Of a stretch of DNA of 64,000 bases, positions 32,430-45,064 are shown in pieces. The DNA comes from the human T2T-CHM13v2.0 reference genome, Homo sapiens. The position numbers were made by a program, and so were the translations under genes. Under the pieces are notes generated by a model that saw nothing but the letters and a program-made list of their open reading frames with translations, was not told where the DNA came from and made no database searches. The DNA lies in NCBI RefSeq assembly GCF_009914755.1, contig NC_060947.1. One strand, given 5' to 3'. Within the stretch, counting starts at the first letter, position 1. Every line of letters starts with the position of its first letter.

Positions 32430-33760
32430 ATGACTAGAATTTGTTCTTATATGTCTAAGAACCCTTTGCCTACCTCAAAGTCAGCAACATCTTCCTACAA
32501 TTTTTTCTAAAAGCTTTTAATTTTGGTTGTTATATTTAGATCTATGATGCATTTCCAGTTCATTTTTGTATATGGAGTGAGATAAATGTAAATATGTATT
32601 TTTTTATCTACAGATGTCCTGTTTTTCTCAGAACTATTTGTTGACATATTATTAATTCCATACTTAGTTACCTTAGCACCTTAGTCAGAAAATCAATTGA
32701 TCATATACAGCAGTTATATATTGAGTCTTCAATTTGCTAATGTTAGTATTACAACGTTGGGCTTCTTTTTCAAAATTGTTTTTCTGCATTATAGGTCTTT
32801 TGCTTCTTATAAGTTTCAAATCCACTTAACCATTTTTTTAAAAATCCTCGTGTTCGTGTGAGATTACAATAAATCTATGTAACATTTTATGAATATGGGC
32901 ATCTTAACAATATTGGACCTTCAAATTCATGAATACAATATCTTTTCCCACTCATTTATGGCTTTTTAACTTTTTCTCAGCAATGTTTATGTGTTACAGT
33001 GTATAATTTTTGCATGTATTTTGTTAAATTCATATCCAATTGTTTCATATTGTGTTAGTTTGAGTGATATTTTAAATCTCTTTCCAATTGTTTGTTACTA
33101 GTAAGCAAAAAATCTATTTTTTCTATATATTCACACTGTATCCTGAATATGTGCAAAAGTCATTTGCTAGTGCTAGTAGATTTTCTGTGCATTTTTTACT
33201 ATATTCTACATCTATGATCATATAATCTTCATATAAGGAGAGCTTTAATTCTTGCTTCTCAGGCTGAGGCCTTGCATATTTTTTCAACCTTGTCTTACTT
33301 GTTATGGCTTTCATTACAATTTTGACTTCAAATGGTGTGCACAGATACCCTTTTCTTCTTCCCCAGTTTAGAGCTCAGTTTTTCACCAATAAATATGATA
33401 TAAATTGAAGGTTTTCTTAGATGTTATTTATCAGATAAAGGAAATGCACTTCTAATTTTCTGATTTTTCTCCGCTTCTCTGTTCATGGTGAATCACGCTG
33501 ATTGATTTTCAAATATTAAACCAATATTAAATTCCAGGTAAAAAATCCACTTGGTTATGATGTAGTATACATTTTATAAATTGATGGATTTTGTATCCTA
33601 ATGTTTTATAAATTTTTTTGCATCTATATTCATGACAGACATTTTTCTGTAGTTTTCTATTATAATTTACGTATCAGATTTTGATGTCAGGACAATGCTG
33701 GCTTTCTACTGAAAGCTGGAAAGTGCTCTCTTTTCTGCATTTCCCGATAAAAGTATTTAC
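32430..33760 (-). mobile_element. Ancient L1 (L1M/ME) ORF2 RT region
   Basis: ORF 33123-33314 'KLSLYEDYMIIDVEYSKKCTENLLALANDFCTYSGYSVNI' resembles L1 RT '[16 protein letters not shown]...SGYKINI'. Confidence 0.75.
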
Positions 33761-34685
33761 TTTTTAAAATATCAATTAATTATATTTAAGCTTTGGCTTC
33801 TTTAGATAAATAGTATAACTAAAATTGTAATATAAGATATGTAGCTTTTAACTATCATTCATTCTTTGAAATATTTGGGTTATATAACAATTATTACTGT
33901 TATTATTATTGTTATTGTGCTATTACCAGCTTCTCCATATGGTAAAACTCCCCCACATTTTATTTTATCTTGTTTCAGCTTCACTATGCTATAATTAACA
34001 AAAAACTATATATATATTTGAAGCATATATGATATTTTTATATATGTATAAAGTGAGGAATGACGGGATCAAGCTAATAAACATATCCATCACCATACGT
34101 ACTTATTATTTTTTGGTGTTGAAGGCAGGTAAGATCTACTCTATAAACAATTTTAAAGTATACATTATGTTAACTATTAACTACAGTCACCATGCTGTAC
34201 AATAGTGCTCTGGAACTTATTCATCATTCTAACTAAATCTTTGTACTTTTCAACCAAAATCTCCTCAAACTCCTCGTTTAACTGGCAGTTTATGTTTATG
34301 GCTATAATGTATAAAACTGTTATGAATATTCTTGCTCATGTCATGGTGAAGGTAAGAACTCATTTCTCTTGGAGTGAAATTGCTGGCTCACCAGATGTAT
34401 GTATTCTTAGATATAGTAGAAACAGCCAAAATTATTTCTGAAAAACTGACAGCAATTTATATTTCCACTGGCAAAATATGGGATTGTCAGTTCCTTTACA
34501 TCCTTGTCAACATTTGGTATTATTTGTCTTTTTAATTTTAGTCATCAGTAGGTCTGTAGTAGTGTCTCATTGTGATTCTATTTTCATTCGATTAATGACT
34601 AGTTGTGTTGATCATTATCCTATGTGCTTATTGGTCATGTACATATCATTTTCTGAAAGTCTTGTTCAGGTTCTTTTACTATGTT

Positions 34686-34977
34686 ATATTTATTTATTTA
34701 TTTATTTATAGACAGAGACTAGACTCTCTGTCACCCAGTCTAGAGTACAGTGGCATGATCGTAGTTTACTGCAGTCTTGAATTCCTGGGATAAAGTAATC
34801 CTCCCACTTCAGCCTCTGGAGTACACACCACCAAGCCTGGCTAATTTTTATTTTTTTTTTAAAGAAAGGTTCTCGCTATGTTGCCCAGGATGGTCTCAAA
34901 CTTCTAGACTCAAGCAATTCTCTCACCACAGCCTCCCAAAGTGCTGGGTTTACAAGACTGAGCCACTGTATCCAGCC
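34686..34977 (-). mobile_element. AluJ with (TTTA)n tail
   Basis: 'tcgctatgttgcccagg...ctcaagcaattc...cctcccaaagtgctggg'. Confidence 0.88.
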
Positions 34978-35169
34978 TACCATTTAGTTTTAAATTTAAT
35001 TGCCTATCTTGTTTTTAATGACTTCCAGGATTTCTTTATCTATTCTAAATAAAATCTTTTGTTAAATGCATATTTTAATAATCTTCTTCTGTGTGTGGGT
35101 TTATGGTCCAAAGAATAAAAGTTGTTACTTTCAACATGGTCTGATATTTTGATATAGTTTATATTTACC

Positions 35170-36540
35170 TACAGTAACTTTATTTAGAGATTGTGTGGTA
35201 TATCTTTTCTGTCCTTTCTCTTCCAGACTTTCTGTGTTGTTGTAGTTAATATATGTCCTTTTTAAACAGCATCTAGTTGTATTTTCTAATTGTTCCGACA
35301 GTTTGCTTTTCAATTAGAGTGTTTAGTACATGTACATTTAAAACAATTACTAACATAGGTAGGTTCAAGTCAACCATTTTGCAACTTGTTTCATTATTTC
35401 TTCTTTGTTTTTGGTAAATTTATTTATTTTCAATTAATCATACATTCTTATACAATTAGTTCTATTATATTAAGTTTTACTTGTACATTCTTTTATTAAT
35501 TTTTATTAACATCTTTAGGTTACAGAATGCATTCCTAGTTATTATAATCAACCATTTTTTAGTAGTACTAATATTTTTATAAAACTGCACAAATTTTACA
35601 AAGCATATATAACTATTCGCACCATTTCCATGCCTTTTGTGATATTTGTCATATATTTATATACATATTTATTATAAATCTACCAAGATTTTGTTGTTTC
35701 TGTGTTAACAATATTATTAAAATATTATTTTATAATTATTTATATATTAAAGCTTCTAATACTCTTCATTTTTTTTTTACTGTGATTCTGCTTCTCATGT
35801 GGTATCATCATTGATTTCAGCTTGAGAAATTCACTTAGCAATTCTGCTGATGAATTATCTCATCAATCTTTTGTTTGAAAATGATTTATTTAGCTTTCAG
35901 TTTGAGTGATATTTTTATTAGGGATACTATCATAGGTTGGTAGGTCTTTCTCTTTATTAGGATTTTGTTTTACTTAGTATTTTAATAATAACTTTCTATT
36001 GTCTTCTGGCTCCATTTCTTATGGAAAATAATCTAGTTGTTAGTATTACTGTGGCTGATTTGAAAGTAACATTGTATGTCTCTTCCCAAATCACAGCTAT
36101 TTTTTTAAGATATGTTTTTTCACTTTGACTTCAGCTTACAGTAATTTGACTAAGCATATACATGGGGTTCTCTTTGTTTTTATTTTGGTTGGGGTTCACT
36201 CACATTCTTGAATTTGTCAATTGAAGTCTATCAATTTTTGGTATTACATATTCAAATATTACATCTGCTCTATTTTCTCTCTCTTCTCTTTCTGTACCTC
36301 TAACAACATGTATGTTAGATATTTTAATGTGCTCACATTTTCCTTACACTGTGTCCAGTAAAAAAAAATCATTATTGCCCTGTGCTTCATATTGACTATT
36401 TTCCATTGATATCTTTTCCATTTTACTAATTTGTCTTCTGCCATGTCCTGTTTGCTGTTAAACATATTTTATATGGCCTAAGTTTGAGACACTGCGTTTT
36501 TAATCTCTAGAATATTTATTTGGTTATTTCTCATAGAATC
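35170..36540 (-). mobile_element. Ancient L1M ORF1/EN region
   Basis: ORF 36259-36465 'FNSKQDMAEDKLVKWKR' resembles L1 ORF1 'LNSRLDTAEERISELE'. Confidence 0.6.
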
Positions 36541-36706
36541 CAATTATTTAAGTTACCATACTTTCCATTATTTTATTGACTATTTTCATTGTTTCATGCA
36601 AAAACATATTTCTTGTGTTTTATTTCATGCAAAAATAACTTTAATTTTAAAGCCTGTGTGGTAACGCAACTATGTTAATGTGCTGTAGGTCTTTTTCTAC
36701 TATTTG

Positions 36707-38207
36707 TGATATGGTTTGACGGTGTCCCACTCCAATTCTCATCTTCAACTGTAACTCCCATAATCCCCACTTATCATGGGAGACACCAAGCAGGAAGTAA
36801 TTGAATCATGGGGGTGGGTTTTTCCAGTGCTGTTCTCGTGATAGTGACTGTTTCATGAGATATGATGGTTTTATAAAGGGCAGTTCCCCTGCACATGCTC
36901 TCTTGCTTTCCACCATGTAAAACATGCCTTTCTTCCTCCTTTGCCTTCTGCCATGATTGTGAGGCCTCCCCAGCCATGTGAATCTGTGAGTCCTTTAAAC
37001 CTTTTTCTTTATAAATTACCCAGTCTTGTTATTTCTTCATAGCAGTATGAGAATGAGCTAATACAGTAAATTGGTATCAGTAGAGTGGGGTACTGCTATT
37101 AAGATACCGAAAAATGTGGAAGCAACTTTGGAACTGGGTAACAGGCAGAGGTTGAAAGAGTTTGGAGGGTTCAGAAGAAGACAGAAAAATGTGAGAAAGT
37201 TTAGAGCTTCCTAGAGACTTGTTGGATGGCTTTGACCAAAATGCTGATAGTGAAATGAACAATAAAATCCAGGCTGAGGTGGTCTCAGATGTAGATGGTG
37301 ATCTTGCTGGGAATCTCTAGCTAGATTTCAGAGGATGTATGGAAATGCCTGGATGTCCAGGCAGAAGTAAGTTTTCAGCAGGGGTGGAAAATGCTGTGAA
37401 AGTACCCAGGAGAGAGTCTGTACCCTGCAAAGTCTCAGGGGCAGAGCTGCCCAAGGCTGTGGGAGCCTACCTCTTGCATCAGTGTGACCTGGATGTGGGA
37501 CCTTCAGTCAAAGGAGGTCATTTTGGAGCTTTAATATTTAACAGCCTCACTGAATTTTGGACTTTTATGTGGCCTGTAGCCTGTTCGTTTTGCCATTTTT
37601 TCCCATTTGGGTGTATTTACCCAATGCCTTCACCCCCGTGTATCTAGGAAGTAACCAGCTTGCTTTCGATTTTACAGGCTTGCAGGCCGAAGAGACTTGC
37701 CTTTTCTCAGATGACACATTGGACTGTGGACTTCTGAGTTAATGCTGAAAGCAGTTAAGATTTTGGGGGACTGTTGGGAAGGCATGATTGTGTTTTGAAA
37801 TGTGAGAAAATGAGATTTGAAAGGAAGGGGTGAGGGGCAGAATGATATGATTTGGCTGTGTCCTCAACCAAATATCATCTTGAATTTTAGTTCCCATAAT
37901 CCCTACATGCCATGGGATGGACCTGACAGGACTCAACTGAATCATGGGAGCGGGTTTTTTTTCTCTTGCTGTTCTTATAATAGTGAATAAGTCTCATGAG
38001 ACCTGAAGGTTTTATAAAGGGCCGTTCCTCTGCACATACTCTCTTGCCTGCTGCCTTCTAAGACTTGCCTTTGCTCCTCTTTTCCCTTCCACTGTGATTT
38101 TGAGGCCTCCCCAGCCATGTGGAACTGTGAGTCCATTAAACTTCTGTTTTTTTAAATTACTGTGTCTCAGGTATTTCTTCATAATGGTGTGAGAACAAAC
38201 TAATACA
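36707..38207 (+). mobile_element. THE1B provirus: 5'LTR 36707-37065, deleted internal region 37066-37842, 3'LTR 37843-38207
   Basis: Two THE1B-like LTRs; internal start 'gtaaattggta'; PPT 'ggggtgaggggcagaa'; TSD ATTTG/ACTTG. Confidence 0.93.
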
Positions 38208-40074
38208 ACTTGTTTACATTGTCTTTTTTATTGGGTTCTAGACATCTAATGTTTGCATTTTACCTTCCCAACAAGAAAACAGATTGACACAACTGTTCTA
38301 GAAAGTAATGTGGCAAAAATAATCAAGTAATATGGTAATAAGAATATTTAAAATATCTATATCATTTAATTTTCTACATGCATTTCCAGGAATATAATTA
38401 ATGAAAATTAGTAGAATTATTAAAAAATATTTGAGTACATGTATCTTCACTGCAGCACTGTTAAAGCAATTTTAAAGTAGAAAGCAATGGAAATGTTCAA
38501 GAAATGAATAAATAAACACACTATAGTCCCTTCTTGTAATCAATTACCATGTGGTCACAAAAATTAAATTTTCAACAATTATTAAAGAAGAAAGACAAGC
38601 TTGCTGTCACATATTATATAAAGCATCAGGATATACACTGTATGACTGTACATGCATTTATCTATAACTGTATATCAGCTGGATCACTTTGTCTTTTCGG
38701 AATAAAAATAAATTGATTTGCAACAACTTTCTTTTTATCTTTGGAAAGTACAAAGATTTCCTCAAGTTTACCAGGTACTAATTTTTTTTCTGACATTCAT
38801 GATTCTAACATTTTTATCCTAATGATGTCTCAATCTCATTTGCATCTCAATTCCCATGGAGATTTTCTTTTATCTGCTACATACAGACATACAAACAACT
38901 AGAATAAAATATATTAACATTTATCACTGAATTTGTTTTGGTTTAAAAATCTTCAACTATTTTTATTTCATTCATTATACTTGTCAATCATTTTACAACG
39001 ACACTATTGTATTTTAATCAAAATATTCTTTAAAAAACAAGAACAAAGAATCATTGATGGGAATTATGAAGAAAATCACTTAATTGAAAATATTTACTAG
39101 TTGGTAGTTTTAGTCAAATTAACACGAGAATCCAATTCATGATTTACGTAAGCAACTAGAAAATTTAATCAGAAATAATTAGTGTAGTGGCAAAATGTAA
39201 ATACACATTCCCCACCAGTTAGTCAGGTATGGTTTCTGAAAGCATAGATACAGGAAAAAAATCTTCATTATTTAGACAAGCACAGAAAGTGAGCATAAGC
39301 AAATACACACATACATACACTCACACACATGCCTTTTATGAATTAATCAGGCATGAAAAGTGTAACATGTGTGTATCTTATACATTTGCCACGATCATAC
39401 TGTAACCATACACAAAGATACATGCATAAAAACACACATAAAATTTCTCTGGTACTTTTGCATACATAGTTGTCATCATCTGCACTAATGGAACTTCTTA
39501 AGCATTTCAATATGCTGCAATCAGAGGTATAAAATTTGAATGTATTCTGTAGTAATATTTTTAATTCTGAAGTAAACTGTGAGTCTACACATTTTCTCAC
39601 ACAAATTCGAGGAAGAGTACCTAGAATTCAGCAGGGCTGTGAAAAAGCATACCATAGATTATTTTTTCAGATAATTGAGCATTAAAGTATTCTCTGGGGT
39701 GTATAGCACCAAAATTGTTTTTCCGTAATAAAACAACTTTAAAAAACAGTAAATTAGTAAACATATATTATAACTAAGTATTTTACAAGCACAAATTTTA
39801 AAATAAAGAAATATTTCTAAAGGTTTGCCTATGTTTAACCATTGCCAAATGAAATGACATTTCTCACTTTCTTTTTGCATGGAGAGAAAGGTAGAATGAG
39901 CAAAATTGGAGCTCAAGAAAAATTTGTTGATTGAATTATCTTAAATCAGAAAAACAGTTGCATTCTACACCAGATAACCAGAAACTTAAATGACGACATC
40001 AAAATTCTATCAGCTGATGTGATACGTTTGTAAAAACAATGTAAACTAAAGTAAGGAAATATATGAAGCCAGGA

Positions 40075-40305
40075 TTTATTATTGCTGTCTACATACTAGG
40101 CAATATAAAGTGTGCTTCATGTGACTTGTCTCATTTAATTTCTCAGTAACCCTACAGTTAAGGTACTTTATTATCCAAATTTTATAGTAAAAAAATGAAG
40201 GTTTATAAAGGTTCAGTTACTTTTTCAAGGTCAAAAAGCTGAAAGTGAGAAAGTTGGAATTTGAACCCAGGTTATCTCTGATTTAAAAGTTTTTTTTATT
40301 CTACT
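40075..40305 (-). mobile_element. MIR
   Basis: 'tctcatttaatttctcagtaaccctac...tttcaaggtca...ggaatttgaacccagg'. Confidence 0.8.
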
Positions 40306-40689
40306 ATGGAAATCTCCTTCTGCCATACAATAAGATATAACAAAATTATCTTTGTTACTATTTTTTTGCTAACCATAAACCTCAAGGGGTAGAGGAATAT
40401 AAACATTCTCAACGGGCATCCAATACCTTTAAAATCCATTTTTTCACACACACATGCACACGCATACACACATTATTCTTTTTAACTCTTACACTTCCTT
40501 TCTGTCAATCTCATCTTTTTGGAAATTAAATAGGTATACAGATAAATTAGACAAAGAGAGCACGAGAGAGAGAGAAAGAGAGAACAGAGAGAAAGTCTTT
40601 CTGAGTTTGGCATTCTAGTAGGAAGAGGCTATATTAGATTAGATTCTACTTCATTCTTTAATCCCTGCAAGCATCATTTCCACAGGATT

Positions 40690-40955
40690 CTTGGTGCATG
40701 GGTATTCAGCATTAGAATGAACACTTCGTGGGACTTTATGCAGCCACCTGTTCCAATACTATGCACTATTAGAAAGTTATTCCTTAAATTGAATAAAATT
40801 TTTCTACCCTATGACTTTCTTCCCTTAATGTTAGTTATACCCTCTGGGCCTACAGAAAAAAGTCTATTCTCTCTTCTGCATGACAGCTCTTCAAATATTT
40901 CAACACAACTGGCATGGTTCTCCTTAGTTTTCTCATCCCCAGGCTAAACACCCAC
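40690..40955 (-). mobile_element. L3/CR1 LINE fragment
   Basis: 'ttagaaagttattccttaaattgaa...ccctctgggcctacaga...tgacagctcttcaaatattt...ccccaggctaaaca'. Confidence 0.7.
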
Positions 40956-42109
40956 AGAAGATTATACTGTAGCATTAATATCTCCACCTTGCATTTCTCT
41001 ACACGCCCACATGTCTTCTCCTTTGTTACTTTTCTCTAAAACAGTGGGAACAATGAAAAATTATGACATATATGAACTTAATTACATAATCTCAGTCACC
41101 TCCTACTTCACTCCCCCACATAGCTTCTTTGCAGACCTTGTAGTGAAGTGCTGTAGCATTTAGAGGAAAGAAATCATTCAGGAATCATTTGTAAACCAAC
41201 AAGGTTTATTTTAACCCTAAAAATCATAGAAATGTAAAAGACAAGCACATTCTAGAATTAATCATCATTCCCATTGAAGCTATTCATGGTAGCAAAGACT
41301 AAATAAATATATGAAAATATTTTATATTTTAAAAATTGTAATGAATTTACAAAATTTACAGGAGCAGATACAGTAACAGGAATCAGCTATGTTGCTACAA
41401 GTATATTTTAGAATCAGATTTCCATTTGAATTTCAATTATGCCATTTACTAGCTGTGTGTTCCTATAGACTTTACGAGTAGTATCTGAGTCACAATGTCT
41501 TTACAAAGAGAAAATAATTCTTAACTGAGATATTTACTGTAAAGATATAAACAAACCTATGTATAGCAGATTGGAACAAGTTCAGCTTATCTGAAAGCAT
41601 ACAAATGAAAATATTGAAATAAGCAAATGAATGGTTTACTCCATCCCAAGGTTTAGGTCAAATATGCAACAAAAAGGTTATTCAGCAAAGGAAGAACTTC
41701 ATAATGTCAAAACGAGGAGCATGCAAGAACCCTGACAGCCAGTCAAGGATTTTGAGTGCACTCAACAAGGTAAATTTAATCCACACATTAACTGCTGTTC
41801 CCTATTGAAATCCTACTAAAATGACATTAAAATATTTAAAGGCAGAAATCTGTAAGGTCAAAGAAAAGAGAGGAAATGACAGCTGACAAGAAATGAAACA
41901 CGATTTTAGAAGCTGGAGAGAGCAGATAGACAAGTGGAAATTGACTTAGCAGTCCAAGGAAAGTTAAGTATCTGCAGGGGGAAAGGCCAAAGAGAAAATC
42001 AATCTGTGCTGTAGCGCCCCAGAGAGAAAGACTCCGAATTTGCAGACATCCGTTGCCTCTAAGACAGCGATGTAGATGGCGATGAAAATAAAATTACCTC
42101 TTCTCTGCT

Positions 42110-42428
42110 CCTTTCACACTTTGCTTAGCAGTCTACTTAGCTAAATAGTCAAGTTTATCATTTACAAATTCTGCTTTCCACAAAAATAGAACATAATTAA
42201 GACAGGTTCTCAGTCATTTTATAAAATCTATAATCTTTCTTCCAGTTTCCACTAGCATGTTTCTCTTTCACATCTCAGATATCACCAGAAGCATTTTTAA
42301 CATTGATATCTCTAACAACATTCTGTTTATGATGTTATATATGTATTATCTAAGATGGTAGAAACTTTCCCTACAGCTCTTCTCTTGTCTTTCTTTCTAA
42401 GCCTTCATCATAATCACCTCTAACATAC
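42110..42428 (-). mobile_element. MaLR internal fragment
   Basis: 'ttctgctttccacaaaa...tccagtttcc...tctaagcc...', as in MST/MLT1 internal sequence. Confidence 0.55.
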
Positions 42429-42429
42429 T

Positions 42430-43246
42430 TGTGATGATTAATTTTATATGTTAACTTGATTAGACCATTTAACTAAACATTACTCCGGATGTGTCAGTGA
42501 AAGTGTTTCTGGAATGAGATAAATATTTGAATCACTTTGGTGGTTACCAGAGATTGGAAGAGCTGGGTAGATGGAGATGGGAGATTTTGTTCAGGGGTAC
42601 AAAGTTTCAGTTAGACAGGAGAAATAAGCTTTAGCAATCTATTGCACAGAATGGTGATTATAATAAATAATAACTCATCATATATTTTAAAATTGCTGAG
42701 TATATTTTAAATATTTAAACAATAAAAGTACATGAGGTGATAGATTTTCTAATTAGCTTGATTTAATGATTCCACAATTTAAACATATATCTAAACACCA
42801 TAGTGATCCCCATAAAGATATACAATTATTATATGTCAATTTAAAATAAAATACATCCATTTAAATAAACAAACATAACATTTGGATCTGTAGACTAAGT
42901 AAAGAAGATTGTCCCCTCTAATGTGAGTAGGCCTCATCCAATCAAGTGAAGGCCTGAATAAAACAAAATGGCTGATGAAGAGGGAACTCATTCTGCCAGA
43001 TTGATTAAGCTGAAACATTGGTATTTTCTGACTTTTGGACAGAAACTGAAATATCATTATTCTTGGGTCTCAGGCCTGCCAGCTTTCAGATTTGAACTTT
43101 CACCACAGGTTCTCCTGGTTCTTAGGTCTTCAGACACATAATAGAACTACACTTTGTCTCTCTTGGATCATAAGCTTGCAGACTACAGATCTTGGGATTT
43201 TGCAGTCTCCATAATCATCATGTGAGCAAATTTATTTTATATATAT
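42430..43246 (+). mobile_element. MLT2D-like LTR interrupted by an L1MA 3' end (about 42534-42873)
   Basis: 'tgtgatgattaattttatatgttaacttga'; resumes 'tagactaagtaaagaagattg...gcttgcagactacagatcttggga'; degenerate TSD ataaatatttgaatc/ataacatttggatc. Confidence 0.8.
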
Positions 43247-43249
43247 GAA

Positions 43250-43700
43250 AGTTGTAAGGAAGTATTACTAATTCAGTGGCTTCAAAAAACAGAAATTTAT
43301 TGTCTCTCAGTACTGTAATCTCGATGTCTGAAACCAAAGTGTCAGCAGGGTTCTCTTTTTTTTTTTGACAGGCTATAAGTGCAAATTTTTCTATGCTACT
43401 ATACTAGCTCCTGGTAATGACTAGCAAGCAATGTTTAGTGTCCCTTGTCTCACAAATGTATCACTTCAACTCTGCCTCCATCTCCACGTGGAATTCTCCC
43501 TGTATTGCTGTGTCTTCATATATCAATCTTTTTCAGAAGACACCAGTCATATTGAATCAGGAACCCAATCTACTGTAGTATAACTTCATCCTATCTAATG
43601 ACATCTGCAGCAACTTATTTCAAATAAAGCCATATTCTGAGATACTAAGGGTAAGGACTTCAACACATATTTTTGGGGAGACACAATTAAACTCATAGTG
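43250..43700 (-). mobile_element. MLT1B/C LTR
   Basis: 'aacagaaatttattgtctctcag...gacaccagtcatattg...ggacttcaacacatatttttggggagacacaatt'. Confidence 0.75.
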
Positions 43701-44135
43701 CTATTGAAATAAGATTAACATTAACTTTAGGTTGTGTGTAAATTAAGATTTTAATTGTGACCCACAAGGCAGCCACTGAAACAATTAAAAATATAGAGTA
43801 AAACCAACAAAAATGAATCAAAATAATACAGTAACAATATTTAACACAAAAAAGACAGCAGTTGAAGAGCTGAGAGAAAAATATACCTTATATAACACAA
43901 ATAGGGAAAAGACAGTAGTAAAAATCTTCCTTGTCAGCAAATACATTACATGTAAATTTTCTAGACATCCCCAATCAAAAGTCAGAGATTGGAAGAAGGT
44001 ATAGGAAAAACATGATCCAATTATATATTATCTACAACATACTCACTTTAGATTCAAAGAAATAAGTTGAACATGAAAAAACATTAAACTTCCATGAAAT
44101 AATAAAAAAAAGCTTGAGTGACTATACTATCAGAC

Positions 44136-44490
44136 TGTGATGGTTAATACTGAGCATCAACTTGATTGGATTGAATCCAATCAAGTGTGTGTTTTCAGGG
44201 TGTTGACAAAGGAGATTAACAACATTTGAGTCAGTGGGCTGGGAAGGCAGACCCACCCCTAATCTGCTGGGCACAATCTAATCAGCTGCCAGCGAATATA
44301 AAGCAGACAGAAAAACATCAAAAGGTGAGACTGGCCTAGCCTCCCAGCCTTCATCTTTCTCCCATGCTAGATGCTTCCTGCCCTCAAACAATGGACTCCA
44401 AGTTCTTCAGTTTTGAGACTCGGGCTGGCTCTCCTGCTCCTCAAGCTTGCAGACAGCCTATTGTGGGACCTTGAGTTTATTAATACTTAA
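44136..44490 (+). mobile_element. MLT2A (HERV-L LTR, MLT2A1-like), 3' end missing
   Basis: 'tgtgatggttaatactgag...gagtcagtgggctgggaaggcagacccac...gcttgcagacagcctattgtgggaccttg'. Confidence 0.9.
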
Positions 44491-45036
44491 TATAATATTA
44501 TATTAATATAATATATATTAATATATTATATTAGTATAAATATATTTAATGAATATTTTTATATTTTTAAAATATATTTAAAAATATATTTTAAAAATAT
44601 ATTTTATAAATGGAAATATATTATATATTTATATATTATATTAATAAATTAATATAATATAATATATTAATAAATTAATTTATTAATATATTATATTATA
44701 TAATCATATATGATATATAAAATTATATTAATATTATATAATATATACAATATATTATATTATGTAATCATATATGATATATAAAATTATATTAATATTA
44801 TATAATATATAATATTAATATATTACATATAACACAAATATATAATATATAATATATTAATTAATATATTATTTTAACATAAATATATAATATATTTCTA
44901 TTTATAAAATATATTTTTAATATATTTCAAAAATATAAAATATTCATAAAAAATATAAATATAATTATATTAATATATTAATATATATTACATTAAGTAT
45001 TAACTTAATAAACCCAAGGTCCCACAATAGACTGTC
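44452..45036. repeat. Palindromic AT-rich repeat (PATRR-like), 585 bp
   Basis: Left end 'gacagcctattgtgggaccttgagtttat' pairs with right end 'ataaacccaaggtcccacaatagactgtc'; the AT-rich arms also pair; perfect 50-bp palindrome at 44652-44701. Confidence 0.92.
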
Positions 45037-45064
45037 AGAAACATAATGCAATTTCTCTATCTCT

